59,663 nucleotides of DNA from a virus: IMG/VR virus record IMGVR_UViG_3300048921_000145; one strand, given 5' to 3'. The notes under the pieces were generated by a model. It saw only the letters and a list, made by a program, of their open reading frames with translations. It was not told where the DNA came from and did not search any database. Both the position numbers and the translations under genes were made by a program. Numbering within the stretch: the first letter of the stretch is position 1; every line of letters begins with the position of its first letter. Positions 15,959 through 25,152 of the stretch are shown in pieces.

Positions 15959-16156
15959 ATGCTGCGATTAGACCTCAAGCCCGGAGAGAGCGTGAAGATC
16001 GGCGAAGGCCCGAACGCCGTCGTCATCACCCTCGAAGACAAATCAGGCCGGAATGCGCGCGTCGCGTTTGAGGCTGATCGCAGCGTGAAGATTGCCCGCG
16101 TCAAAGAGGACAGCACCCCGGCGCAATTCCTGCGCCAGGGCTTGATGGCCAGCTAA
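15959..16156 (+). CDS. CsrA-like small RNA-binding protein (65 aa)
   Basis: MLRLDLKPGESVKIGEG..VVITL....G.NARVAFEADRSVKIARVKE aligns by eye with CsrA ([46 protein letters not shown]). Confidence 0.5.
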   Translation: MLRLDLKPGESVKIGEGPNAVVITLEDKSGRNARVAFEADRSVKIARVKEDSTPAQFLRQGLMAS

Positions 16157-16169
16157 CACAGGCGGCCGG

Positions 16170-16204
16170 TTGCAAAATGTAGCCGGCCGTTCGATAATCA
16201 AACC
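16170..16204 (+). promoter_or_regulatory. Candidate late promoter with conserved box: TTGCAA-N17-GATAAT inside GTTCGATAATCAAACC (copy B)
   Basis: The 16-mer at 16189-16204 is identical to 8295-8310. Hairpin CGGCCGG/CCGGCCG (16163-16189) lies upstream. Sits 60 nt before the capsid ATG. Confidence 0.5.
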
Positions 16205-16264
16205 AACGTAGAGCGCAGGAGCTGCCTATGTGACTGATTCACTCAATCACACGAGGGTAGCCAA

Positions 16265-17362
16265 ATGGGCTCTACTGTCATCGCTTGGGGCGATCCCAAA
16301 GCACAAAAAGCATGGTCGACCGGCCTTGCCGTCGATCAAATCAAAAAAGCCTACTTCGAGAAGAAGTTCGTCGGCACTGACGAAAACTCGATCATCCAGC
16401 GCAAAACCGAACTCGAAAGCGATCCGGGCGACCGTGTGTCCTTCGACCTGTCGGTTCAGCTGCGCGGTGAAGCGACCGAGGGCGACGCTCGCCTCGAAGG
16501 CAAGGAAGAAAGCCAGAAGTATTACACCGACGAAGTAGCCATTGACCAGGTGCGTCACGCTGTGTCGGCTGGCGGTGCGATGACTCGCAAGCGTACCAAC
16601 CTCAACCTGCGCGGTAACGCCAAGCGTCTGCTGTCGGATTACTGGTCGCGCTTCTACGATGAGCTGATGTTCATCTACCTGTCGGGCGACCGCGGTATCA
16701 ACAAGGATTTCCTGTTCCCGCTCGGCTATACCGGTCGTGCCGGTAACGCCATTCAAGCCCCGGACGTCGGTCACCTGCTGTACGGCGGTGCCGCGACGTC
16801 CAAGGCCTCGATGGTTGCCGGCGACAAGATGAGCACCTTGCTGATCGAGAAGGCGCAGGTCAAATCCACCATGCTCCAGGCGCAAGACCCGGAAGCGGCC
16901 AACATGGTGCCGGTCAGCATCGACGGTGAAGAGCACTACGTCTGTGTGATGAACCCGTTCCAGGCGCACGACATGCGTACCGCTGCCGGTTCCGTCTGGT
17001 TGGACATCCAGAAAGCCGCAGCTGCTGCCGAAGGTCGCAACAACCCGATCTTCAAGGGTGGCTTGGGCATGGTGAAGAACGTGGTTCTGCACGAACACCG
17101 CAACGGTATCCGCTTCAGCGACTACGGCGCAGGCGCCAACGTGGCAGCCGGTCGTGCACTGTTCATGGGCCGTCAAGCCGGTGTTGTGGCTTACGGCACC
17201 CAGGGCGGTCTGCGCTGGAGCTGGAAAGAAGAAATGAAGGACTACGACAACGAACCAACGGTAGCGGCTGGCGCGATCTTCGGCATCAAGAAGGCCCGCT
17301 TCAACTCCCGCGACTTCGGCGTGCTGTCCCTCGACACCGCTTGCGTTGACCCTAACGCCTAA
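16265..17362 (+). CDS. Major capsid protein (N4 gp56-type, 365 aa)
   Basis: Its N-terminal sequence is typical of N4-gp56-family capsid proteins. Followed by a strong terminator one gene downstream. Confidence 0.85.
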   Translation: MGSTVIAWGDPKAQKAWSTGLAVDQIKKAYFEKKFVGTDENSIIQRKTELESDPGDRVSFDLSVQLRGEATEGDARLEGKEESQKYYTDEVAIDQVRHAVSAGGAMTRKRTNLNLRGNAKRLLSDYWSRFYDELMFIYLSGDRGINKDFLFPLGYTGRAGNAIQAPDVGHLLYGGAATSKASMVAGDKMSTLLIEKAQVKSTMLQAQDPEAANMVPVSIDGEEHYVCVMNPFQAHDMRTAAGSVWLDIQKAAAAAEGRNNPIFKGGLGMVKNVVLHEHRNGIRFSDYGAGANVAAGRALFMGRQAGVVAYGTQGGLRWSWKEEMKDYDNEPTVAAGAIFGIKKARFNSRDFGVLSLDTACVDPNA

Positions 17363-17377
17363 TCTGAGGACGACATC

Positions 17378-17818
17378 ATGGCTATTGTTCAATCCCGCTG
17401 GGGTTCGCTGAACCGTCAGGCGCCGGTTTCTTGCGAAGCTGGCACCGTCAAGGCTGAGCGCTACACCTACACCGTGCCGGCCGGCGTAACCCTGTCCGCA
17501 GGCGACATCATCGAGCTGGCGATCCTGCCGGCGTATCACACCGTGCTCGATGCCACCCTGGTAATCGATGAGGCTGGCACCGCCACCTATGATGTCGGCA
17601 TCATGTCGAGTATCCCGGGTGACACCACGCAATCGCGCACTTGCGGCGCCGAGCTGTTCTCCGGTGCAGCCGACGCCCTGGCGACGCGCATGTCGCTGAT
17701 TGGCGGTTTCCGCATCGTGCCGATTCCCGGTGATCGCTCGATTGGTGTGAAGGTTGTCGGTGCTTCGGTCGTGGGCGCAGGTCAGATCATTGACCTGATC
17801 CTGTACACCAAGCAGTAA
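17378..17818 (+). CDS. Virion structural protein (possible head decoration; 146 aa)
   Basis: Immediately follows the capsid gene and has high-expression-like codon usage. The function is inferred. Confidence 0.7.
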   Translation: MAIVQSRWGSLNRQAPVSCEAGTVKAERYTYTVPAGVTLSAGDIIELAILPAYHTVLDATLVIDEAGTATYDVGIMSSIPGDTTQSRTCGAELFSGAADALATRMSLIGGFRIVPIPGDRSIGVKVVGASVVGAGQIIDLILYTKQ

Positions 17819-17838
17819 CAGGGACGTTACGCACCCGA

Positions 17839-17866
17839 AAGGGCCGGTCTAGGCTGGCCCTTTTTT
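17839..17866 (+). terminator. Rho-independent terminator after the capsid operon
   Basis: AAGGGCC...GGCCCTT stem followed by a T-run (ttttttg). Confidence 0.7.
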
Positions 17867-17891
17867 GTACCCACTACTAAAGGTTCTCCTT

Positions 17892-18638
17892 ATGTTTATC
17901 GAGTGCATCCTTCGTCGCGATCCGCCTGCTGTCGTCACCCTGGGCACTACTGCCTACCAATTCAAGCCTGATAGCCAAGGCCGCCATGTCTGCGAGGTTG
18001 AAGACAACGCGCACCTGGCCCGCCTGCTGAGCATCAGTGAAGCCTATCGCCTGCCGGGCGATGAGCCGATTCCGCAAGCCCTGATCCCGGCCATCGTCGA
18101 GCATACGCTGCCGACGGCTGCCGCCACCCTGGCGCCGGTCGATGAAAACGAAGTCAAGGGTAGCACCGTACACCCGGCCACCTTTAACCTTGGCGGCCCT
18201 GAGCTGTTCGAACTGGCCGATGTGGTCGATCACGCACTGAGCCTGAGCGGCCTGACCACCCCCGAGTGGAATAGCTTGCCGGACGAAGACCGTCATAACT
18301 TCATCGACCTGGCCCTGGACGACCTCGACACCCGCGAGCCAGTCGACGTGACCGAAGAGCCTGCGCGTGCGCCGGTCACTGAAGCCGCAAAGCCGATTAC
18401 CGAGACAGCGCCGGTTTCGGTCGCTGGGAACTCGAACGGCGACGCGCCGAAAGAAGGCCAGGACGCTACGGGCGGTAACGTCAGCGGCCCGGACAGTGAC
18501 AAAGCACGGTACGAGGCTGAGCGCGAAGCCCTGGCCGTGGCTTACAAGGACAAGTTCGGCGCGCGCCCACACTACAAGTGGTCAATGGAAAAGATCACCG
18601 AAGAACTGGCCAAGCCTGTAGAACTGCCAAAGGAATAA
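17892..18638 (+). CDS. Acidic hypothetical protein (~248 aa)
   Basis: ORF with a D/E/P-rich central region. The start is uncertain (17865 or 17892). Confidence 0.65.
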   Translation: MFIECILRRDPPAVVTLGTTAYQFKPDSQGRHVCEVEDNAHLARLLSISEAYRLPGDEPIPQALIPAIVEHTLPTAAATLAPVDENEVKGSTVHPATFNLGGPELFELADVVDHALSLSGLTTPEWNSLPDEDRHNFIDLALDDLDTREPVDVTEEPARAPVTEAAKPITETAPVSVAGNSNGDAPKEGQDATGGNVSGPDSDKARYEAEREALAVAYKDKFGARPHYKWSMEKITEELAKPVELPKE

Positions 18639-18642
18639 GCGC

Positions 18643-20778
18643 ATGCAGAAGTACGCCGATGTTGTCCTTGATCGCAAAGGGAATGTGGTTCCCGGTGCAA
18701 CGGTGCGGGTGAATACCAGCGCGGGCGCGGAGGCGGTGCTGTACGCCGCCAATGGTTCCAGCCCGATCAGCAACCCCGTCATCACGGATAACCTCGGATG
18801 CTTCGCCTTCTACGCCGTCAACGGCCGCTATAACTTGCAGGTCTACATCGGCAGCGCCTTGTTCACCGTCAGTAATGACTTCCTGCTGGAAGACCCGCAG
18901 GACGAAACCCCGGAAGTGATCAAGAACGGGATCATCAAGGATTCGGCGCTGACCAATGTCACGATTGACGGTAAGGAGCCTGGCTACAAAGAGGATACCG
19001 ATGCCCTTGGCGCATCCTTGTTGATCATCAAGGGCAAGACGGTGGTTATCGGGGATAGTGGTTACAGTCCGGTGGGTAGCAATATCGATGCGGCAATTCT
19101 GTCCGCGATCACCAGCGGCGCCAAGAACATTGAAATTCCAGATGATCGCTTTGAAGTCACCAACACCTGGCGACTTCCGTCTGGCGTCAACGTCAAGGGG
19201 CGCGGCGGGCGGTTTTCGAAAATTGTACCTAAGGCCGGCGGCGACATTTCTTCCAATGGTGGTCGAATCATCATTGGCAACGGCAAAACCTCGCCAAGCA
19301 TCGACAATACGACTTGGCAAACCACCTACCCGAACATGATGAGCGGGGAGATATCCCTGCTTCAGTTCATTAACGAAGATTCACTGACTGAAATGAATGG
19401 CCTGTTGCTGATGGGAAGCTATATCAGCGACGAGCTGTGGTTTGACAGCTTTAATCAGGCGGTGTCGAGACCAACAGGTCTTTACGCGGACAGCTTTGAA
19501 ATTCATCGCCTGTTCGTGCAGCGCGCTCTGGGCAATACAAAATATCAGGTTGAAGTTCAGGGCCTGGGCGATGGTTTTGTGATGGAAGGCTGCCACTTCC
19601 CCTATGACACTATCAATGGCTGGAGCACCAAGGGCGCACGCATCGTCGGTGTGGCAGGCGGTCGTATCGATAACGGCATTGGTGGTGACTATCTGATTGA
19701 GCGCTGCGCCCAACTTGATTTCAGGGCCGGGCACTGGGAGCGAGGTCAGCACATCTATGACTCGTCGAACGTCAATCATCAGGGTGTTTTTCTTCCAGAT
19801 ACCCGCATCCCGGTCATCACTCGCGGCACCTTGGCCTCCAGTAATAACGAGTCGCGGTTTATTTGCAGCTTCACCAACACAGCTTTCCGCAACATCGAAG
19901 GGCTGATGGAGTGGTCGGGCTTCCATATCCAGCAAGGCGCCTCGGTACAGATTGCCGTCGACAACTGCTATCAGGAGTGGAGCGCCCAGGGTGATTTCTC
20001 GCGCAACCAACAGGCGGGGATTCGACTTTGCCAAGAGGACGGTACGACGCCACTACCGAGCTTCAACAGCTATTCCTATCTGACTTCGAAGAAGGCGTTC
20101 GTCAACATCCCGTACCGTGTCGATCTGGATCACTTTATTCGCTGCCTGGATGATGTATTCACCGGCCTTGTTTCCGCATCAACTCGCGTTGAGGCGGTTG
20201 GCTCGCGCAATGCTGGAGTCAACCAATGGAAGATTGCGACCGGGACGTTCTATTACAACGCCCAAATTATGTACGACACCACTCGTGCCATTGGGCGTAG
20301 CCCGACAAACTCGGAGGTATCTGCCACCGTTTCCAGCCTGGGCACGATGGTTGTGCTCAACGCCAGTTTTGGCAACAAGCCGAGGAGTGGGATCATTCGC
20401 CTGTATCGGGGTACGACGCCCGGCGTGTATGACCAGTTTGTCGACATTCATACCATCGGCTCGACCTGGCTGCACGACGACGGGGTGTTGGTGAATGGCA
20501 TTGCCTGGGTTGCGCGAACCCCTGGCGCAATGAACGTCATCAATAGCATGGGTGAGTCGCTGAGATTTTCAGGCGGACTGGTGGAAATGGTGTCGACCGC
20601 ACTGCCAAATACTGCCGGCACTTGGACAAAAGGGGATCGCATCACCCGGATAGACTCCGTTGTTGATGCAAACAACATGCTGCTGATCGGACACCACCGC
20701 CTAACCAGCAGCTCCGGCACCTCGACGACTACGGACTGGGCGAACTTGCGTACCAGTACCGTATCGCCTGCAACGTGA
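18643..20778 (+). CDS. Tailspike / tail fibre with predicted right-handed beta-helix (pectate-lyase-like) domain (711 aa)
   Basis: Size, position and a GDSGYS...AAILSAITSGAKNIEIPDDRFEVTNTWRLPSGVNVKG segment typical of pectate-lyase-fold tailspikes. Confidence 0.65.
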   Translation: MQKYADVVLDRKGNVVPGATVRVNTSAGAEAVLYAANGSSPISNPVITDNLGCFAFYAVNGRYNLQVYIGSALFTVSNDFLLEDPQDETPEVIKNGIIKDSALTNVTIDGKEPGYKEDTDALGASLLIIKGKTVVIGDSGYSPVGSNIDAAILSAITSGAKNIEIPDDRFEVTNTWRLPSGVNVKGRGGRFSKIVPKAGGDISSNGGRIIIGNGKTSPSIDNTTWQTTYPNMMSGEISLLQFINEDSLTEMNGLLLMGSYISDELWFDSFNQAVSRPTGLYADSFEIHRLFVQRALGNTKYQVEVQGLGDGFVMEGCHFPYDTINGWSTKGARIVGVAGGRIDNGIGGDYLIERCAQLDFRAGHWERGQHIYDSSNVNHQGVFLPDTRIPVITRGTLASSNNESRFICSFTNTAFRNIEGLMEWSGFHIQQGASVQIAVDNCYQEWSAQGDFSRNQQAGIRLCQEDGTTPLPSFNSYSYLTSKKAFVNIPYRVDLDHFIRCLDDVFTGLVSASTRVEAVGSRNAGVNQWKIATGTFYYNAQIMYDTTRAIGRSPTNSEVSATVSSLGTMVVLNASFGNKPRSGIIRLYRGTTPGVYDQFVDIHTIGSTWLHDDGVLVNGIAWVARTPGAMNVINSMGESLRFSGGLVEMVSTALPNTAGTWTKGDRITRIDSVVDANNMLLIGHHRLTSSSGTSTTTDWANLRTSTVSPAT

Positions 20779-20804
20779 CGCCGAACAGAAAGGAATGCTG
20801 ATAA

Positions 20805-21488
20805 ATGCCCATCATCATTGACTACGCCGTTGAAGTCCGCCCGATCGCGGTATCGAGCCTGATCTACCGGGCCGGCCTGCTGCTGCAGGACGAAGAGCAT
20901 GTGCGCTGGACAACGCTGGAGTTGATCGAGTGGATCAATGAGGCCGCCGGCGCGTTGGTCACGCTGCGTCCGAGCGCTGGCGCCCGATTAGCAGTACTGA
21001 CGCTGCTGGCCGGAACGCAGCAGGAGTTGTCTGATGAGGTCGTGCAGCTGCTCGATGTCGTGCGCAACCTGGGCGTCGACAGCTTGACGCCGGGGCGGGC
21101 CATTCGCTTGGCTGAGCGCCACTTGTTCGACAGCGCCGATCCCGACTGGCATGCCCGGGCGGGTAAGTCCGTAATCAAACACTACATCTATGACGATCGC
21201 ACGCCGAAAGTGTTCTACGTCTACCCGCCCGCTCTGGCCGGGACCAAGCTGCAGGCCAGCCTGAGTGTCATGCCGGCGCTGGTCACAACTGAGGACGACA
21301 ACCTGGGGCTGGGCGCTCAGTTTGAAAGCGCGATCATCAACTACGTGGTGTTTCGCGCCATGGCCAAGGACAGCGAATATGCCAACGGTGCTATCGCCAC
21401 CGGCTACTACCAAGCCTTTCAGGCGGCACTCGGCGGCAAGGACGCGGGCGAGCAGTCGGTATCCCCTAACACCAAGGTGCCCGCATGA
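20805..21488 (+). CDS. Virion structural protein (possible head-tail adaptor; 227 aa)
   Basis: Called from its position in the structural operon. Confidence 0.7.
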   Translation: MPIIIDYAVEVRPIAVSSLIYRAGLLLQDEEHVRWTTLELIEWINEAAGALVTLRPSAGARLAVLTLLAGTQQELSDEVVQLLDVVRNLGVDSLTPGRAIRLAERHLFDSADPDWHARAGKSVIKHYIYDDRTPKVFYVYPPALAGTKLQASLSVMPALVTTEDDNLGLGAQFESAIINYVVFRAMAKDSEYANGAIATGYYQAFQAALGGKDAGEQSVSPNTKVPA

Positions 21489-22099
21489 TCGACCTCGACG
21501 TATTTATGCCCAGCATCCTGCCCTATGCGCCAGGCTGCCCGGAACCGACCGCGTTCACCGCCATCATTCAGGCGGCGCAAGCCTTCTGTGAGCGCACCCG
21601 CTTGTGGCGTGATCGTGATCAGTTCAACGTCACGCCGACCAGCTGCAACGCGGTGTGTGCACCGAATGGTGCCGAGCTGTTCGAGATTGAGAGCGCGCGT
21701 TTTAATGGTTGCGATTTAGAACCAATCTCCCTGGCCGATTTGGACACCAAGCACCCCACCTGGCGGCAAATGTCGGCGGGCGAGGCTCGCTGGATCACGC
21801 AGACCGAGCCGGGCAGCGTGCTGCTGGTGCCAACCTGCACCGGCACCCTGGACCTGTCGACCATCCTGCGCCCGGCGGATAACGCCGAGCAGTTGCCGGA
21901 CCTGTTCAGTCAGTACACGCAAGTGATCGCGGACGGCGCGCTGGGTGATATCCTGATGCTGCCGGCGCAGAGCTTCAGCGATCCATCGCGGGCACAATTT
22001 TATTCGATGCGGTTTGATAATCGAATCGATGAACTATTTAATCGAACCATCCAAGGCCAGCAGCGGGCACCCGTCCGCACGCGCGCCCGTTTCTTCTAA
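21485..22099 (+). CDS. Virion structural protein (204 aa)
   Basis: ATGA-coupled ORF. Confidence 0.7.
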   Translation: MIDLDVFMPSILPYAPGCPEPTAFTAIIQAAQAFCERTRLWRDRDQFNVTPTSCNAVCAPNGAELFEIESARFNGCDLEPISLADLDTKHPTWRQMSAGEARWITQTEPGSVLLVPTCTGTLDLSTILRPADNAEQLPDLFSQYTQVIADGALGDILMLPAQSFSDPSRAQFYSMRFDNRIDELFNRTIQGQQRAPVRTRARFF

Positions 22100-22110
22100 G
22101 GAGTACGCCC

Positions 22111-22530
22111 ATGTCCGCAGCATCGGATTACCTGGAAAACGCCCTTGCTAACGCCGTGTTGCGTGGTGTGGCGTTTACCTCCCCGACCAAAACCTACATT
22201 TCCTTGCACACCGCCGCTCCCGGCGATACCGGGGCTAACGAGGTGTCGCTGGCCGCCTTCCCGGCCTACCTGCGCAAAGACGCCGCCTTGGGTGGTACGC
22301 AGTCCTCGGCCTGGACCGCTGCCGCTGGTGGCGTGTCGAAGAACGCCTTGCAGCTGATCTATGCCGTGTATGACGGCGCCGCCCCGCTGACCATTACCCA
22401 CTTTGGTGTGTGGGACGCGCTGACCACCGGCAACAACCTGTTGAACGGCGCGTTGGCCGCCAGCCGCACCCTGAACCCCGGTGACGTATTTGTGATCGAC
22501 GTGCAGAAGCTGACGGTCACGGTGCTCTAA
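22111..22530 (+). CDS. Virion structural protein (139 aa)
   Basis: Strong AAGGAG RBS. A degenerate copy of the conserved box lies at 22011-22026 upstream. Confidence 0.75.
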   Translation: MSAASDYLENALANAVLRGVAFTSPTKTYISLHTAAPGDTGANEVSLAAFPAYLRKDAALGGTQSSAWTAAAGGVSKNALQLIYAVYDGAAPLTITHFGVWDALTTGNNLLNGALAASRTLNPGDVFVIDVQKLTVTVL

Positions 22531-23370
22531 GTGAACGTCTTCGCCATCAACGCGGCCGCCCTGGACGACTCCAACCAGATTTGGAGTTGGTACGGCGGCG
22601 CGGACGTGGCCTTTCAGGCGGATGGCGTGGTAGCGCTCGGCCTGACCGCGACCGGCACCGCCGACGTGGTGGTGCAGGCGGACCTGGTGCCACAGCTGTA
22701 CTTGTTCACAGCGGGCGCTGCCGATGTGGTGCTGTTGCTGGATGGTGAGGCGCTGTATGGCCGCTCGGCCACTGGCGATGCGCAGGTGGTGGTGACGGCT
22801 GATGGCGAGGGCGTGCGCTGGACCTTTGGCGCCAGTGACTTGACCGCCGTGTTCCAAGTCGACGGTGACGCTCAAGTGGTATCGCCTACGTCGGCCAGCC
22901 TCAATATCCAGTTCGACGCGCAATTGGACGGGCGCTCGGCCGCCGTGGCGCAAGGCATTGCCGACTTGTCGGTGGTGTTCGACGCGCAGCTGGAGTACCG
23001 CGTGGCGCGCCCGGCCTTTCTCGAAGGTGAGGCGCCGCTGGTGTTTGGCTGTGAAGCCATGCCCTACATGGTCTTGTACTCGGCCAGCGGAACGGCGGAC
23101 GTGGCCTTGCAAGCCGGTGGCGAGTCGCGCCTGGGTGGTCGCCTGTACGGCGAAGGCGCCGCCGAACTGCAATGGATCGCCACCGGTGAGGCGCTGCAAT
23201 GGCATTACCAGTACGCCAGTGCCGACGTCACGATTCAACTTACCGCCGTGGCCGAGCGCCATGGCACGCCCGCCATCCCGAGCGAATTTATTGCCGCGCC
23301 GCATGTGCGTGCGCTGGCCCTGAACTATGAACCCCGGGCCTTTACCGTCCCAGCTGAAAGGAGAGCGTGA
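22531..23370 (+). CDS. Repeat-containing structural protein (279 aa, GTG start)
   Basis: Several ~22-25 aa internal repeats of the form G.ADV..QADG. Confidence 0.7.
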   Translation: MNVFAINAAALDDSNQIWSWYGGADVAFQADGVVALGLTATGTADVVVQADLVPQLYLFTAGAADVVLLLDGEALYGRSATGDAQVVVTADGEGVRWTFGASDLTAVFQVDGDAQVVSPTSASLNIQFDAQLDGRSAAVAQGIADLSVVFDAQLEYRVARPAFLEGEAPLVFGCEAMPYMVLYSASGTADVALQAGGESRLGGRLYGEGAAELQWIATGEALQWHYQYASADVTIQLTAVAERHGTPAIPSEFIAAPHVRALALNYEPRAFTVPAERRA

Positions 23371-23646
23371 ATGCTTGGAACCATGCGTAAGCGCCCCGAC
23401 GACGCGCTGGATTACGACGTCAGCTTTGAAAAATGGTTGTCGCCAGGTGACACCTTGATCGACGCCACGGCGACGGCGGATTCGCCCGACCTGACCGTGC
23501 TCAGCGTGGCCTTGTCGGGAGCGGTGACCAAGGTCTGGCTGGCTGCTGGCCTGGCCGGCAACTCGTACCAAATCACCGTGACTGCCACCACTGCGCAAGG
23601 CCGCGTGAAGGAAGTCGCTTTTAATCTTCGTGTCGTGGAGTGCTGA
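23371..23646 (+). CDS. Small structural protein (91 aa)
   Basis: Start ATG immediately follows the upstream TGA (tandem TGA-ATG, no shared base). The sequence looks beta-rich. Confidence 0.7.
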   Translation: MLGTMRKRPDDALDYDVSFEKWLSPGDTLIDATATADSPDLTVLSVALSGAVTKVWLAAGLAGNSYQITVTATTAQGRVKEVAFNLRVVEC

Positions 23647-23647
23647 T

Positions 23648-24685
23648 ATGACCGTCACGGTTACCCTGAACAACAACGCGGTCAGCCGACTGGCTTCGTC
23701 CCTCTCTTCGGGCGCCACCAGCCTGTCGGTCTCCACGGGCGAGGGCGCTAAATACCCGGCGCCGACTGGTGGGCAGTGGTTCCCCCTGACCCTGCTGGAC
23801 AGTGCCGGCGCGCTGGAGATTGTGCGCTGTACCGGTCGCAGTGGCGACGTTCTGACCATTAGTCGCGCGCAGGAAGGTACGGCCGCGCAAGCGTTCGTGG
23901 CGGGCGACCGGGTGGAACTGCGCCTGACCGCCGCCGCGCTCAACGAATCGTTTGCCTCGTTGCAGGCCGACTCGGCCACCGCCGCCGCCTTCTTTATCTT
24001 CCGTAACAAACTGATCAACCCCAAGGGCACGATCAACCAGCGCGTCTATGTCTCGGGCACCGCAACCATCGCGGCCAACCAGTACACTCTGGACCGCTGG
24101 CGGGTGGTCACCAGCGGCCAGTCCTTGTCGTGGACGACCTCGGGGAACCGCTTCCTGATGACCGCCCCTGCGGGCGGGGTTGAACAAGTGATCGAAGGCA
24201 CCAACATCGAAGGCGGCACCTACCGCCTGAGCTGGACCGGCACCGCGACGGCCAAGGTCAATGGCACCGCGATTACCAACGGCGCGCTGACCGCTTCGCT
24301 GACCGCTGGCAGTGACGTAACTGTGACCTTTGCCAACGGCACCTTCGAGAAACCGCAGTTCGAACTGAACAACGTCACTCCGTTCGAAGAGCGTTTTGTT
24401 GGGCTGGAGCTGATCCTGTGCCAGCGGTATTACGAACAAGTGGATTTCCTCTTTAACGGCTACGCCCCGACCGCAAGCTACATTGGCGGCACCGTGCAAT
24501 ACCGCGTGCAGAAGCGCGCGTCGCCGACATTGACTCTTTTGCAGGATGGTGTTCGTGTCGCTAACAGTAACGTGGGTGTTCTTGGGTTTGATACCAACAC
24601 CGAATCGCTTCATGTGTTTCGACAAGTTGCCGGTACTGGGGGTGCGGTGTTTCACGTGCGCTACGCCGTTTCGGCCGAACTGTAA
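23648..24685 (+). CDS. Tail fibre-like protein (345 aa)
   Basis: ATG 23648. Thr/Gly/Ala-rich beta-type sequence, followed by a fibre-assembly-like gene. Confidence 0.7.
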   Translation: MTVTVTLNNNAVSRLASSLSSGATSLSVSTGEGAKYPAPTGGQWFPLTLLDSAGALEIVRCTGRSGDVLTISRAQEGTAAQAFVAGDRVELRLTAAALNESFASLQADSATAAAFFIFRNKLINPKGTINQRVYVSGTATIAANQYTLDRWRVVTSGQSLSWTTSGNRFLMTAPAGGVEQVIEGTNIEGGTYRLSWTGTATAKVNGTAITNGALTASLTAGSDVTVTFANGTFEKPQFELNNVTPFEERFVGLELILCQRYYEQVDFLFNGYAPTASYIGGTVQYRVQKRASPTLTLLQDGVRVANSNVGVLGFDTNTESLHVFRQVAGTGGAVFHVRYAVSAEL

Positions 24686-24699
24686 TTAAAGGGGTGACC

Positions 24700-25122
24700 A
24701 TGAGCCTGTACCAATTAACCAGTGGCAGCACCATCCTGCGCTTGAGCGATGGCGCCAGTATCCCCATGGATGAAGGCAACGGCGATTACCGCGACTATCT
24801 GGCGTGGCTGGCGGCCGGCAACACACCATTGCCCGCCCCGACAGCGGACCCCGCCGAGGTGCTGGCGCAGAAGAAGGCCCAGCGTGAGCGGGCGGTGGCG
24901 GCGATTGTCGTGACCACTCAGGCTGGGCACACCTTCGACGGCGATGAAGTCAGCCAGGGGCGTATGGCGCGGGCGATTCTCGGCCTGCAAAGCCAGCTGG
25001 CCAGCACGACGACCGCGTGGGTGCTGGCGGACAACAGCGTGATTCAGGTTGGCTCCATTGAGCTGACCGAGGCGCTGACCTTGGCCGGCACTCGCCAGAC
25101 TGAACTGTGGGTGATCACTTGA
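24700..25122 (+). CDS. DUF4376-like protein (possible tail fibre assembly/chaperone; 140 aa)
   Basis: AAAGGGG RBS. The C-terminal FDGDEVSQGRMARAILGL pattern resembles DUF4376 (from memory). Confidence 0.6.
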   Translation: MSLYQLTSGSTILRLSDGASIPMDEGNGDYRDYLAWLAAGNTPLPAPTADPAEVLAQKKAQRERAVAAIVVTTQAGHTFDGDEVSQGRMARAILGLQSQLASTTTAWVLADNSVIQVGSIELTEALTLAGTRQTELWVIT

Positions 25123-25152
25123 TCGGTCACGGCCGGACATAAGGCGGGCATC

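Noticed and set aside
17865-18638. Acidic 250-aa protein after the capsid operon; considered as an Ocr-like DNA mimic.
   Set aside because: The only evidence is D/E/P-rich composition. It sits in the late structural operon and shows no helical DNA-mimic periodicity that I can see. Left as hypothetical.
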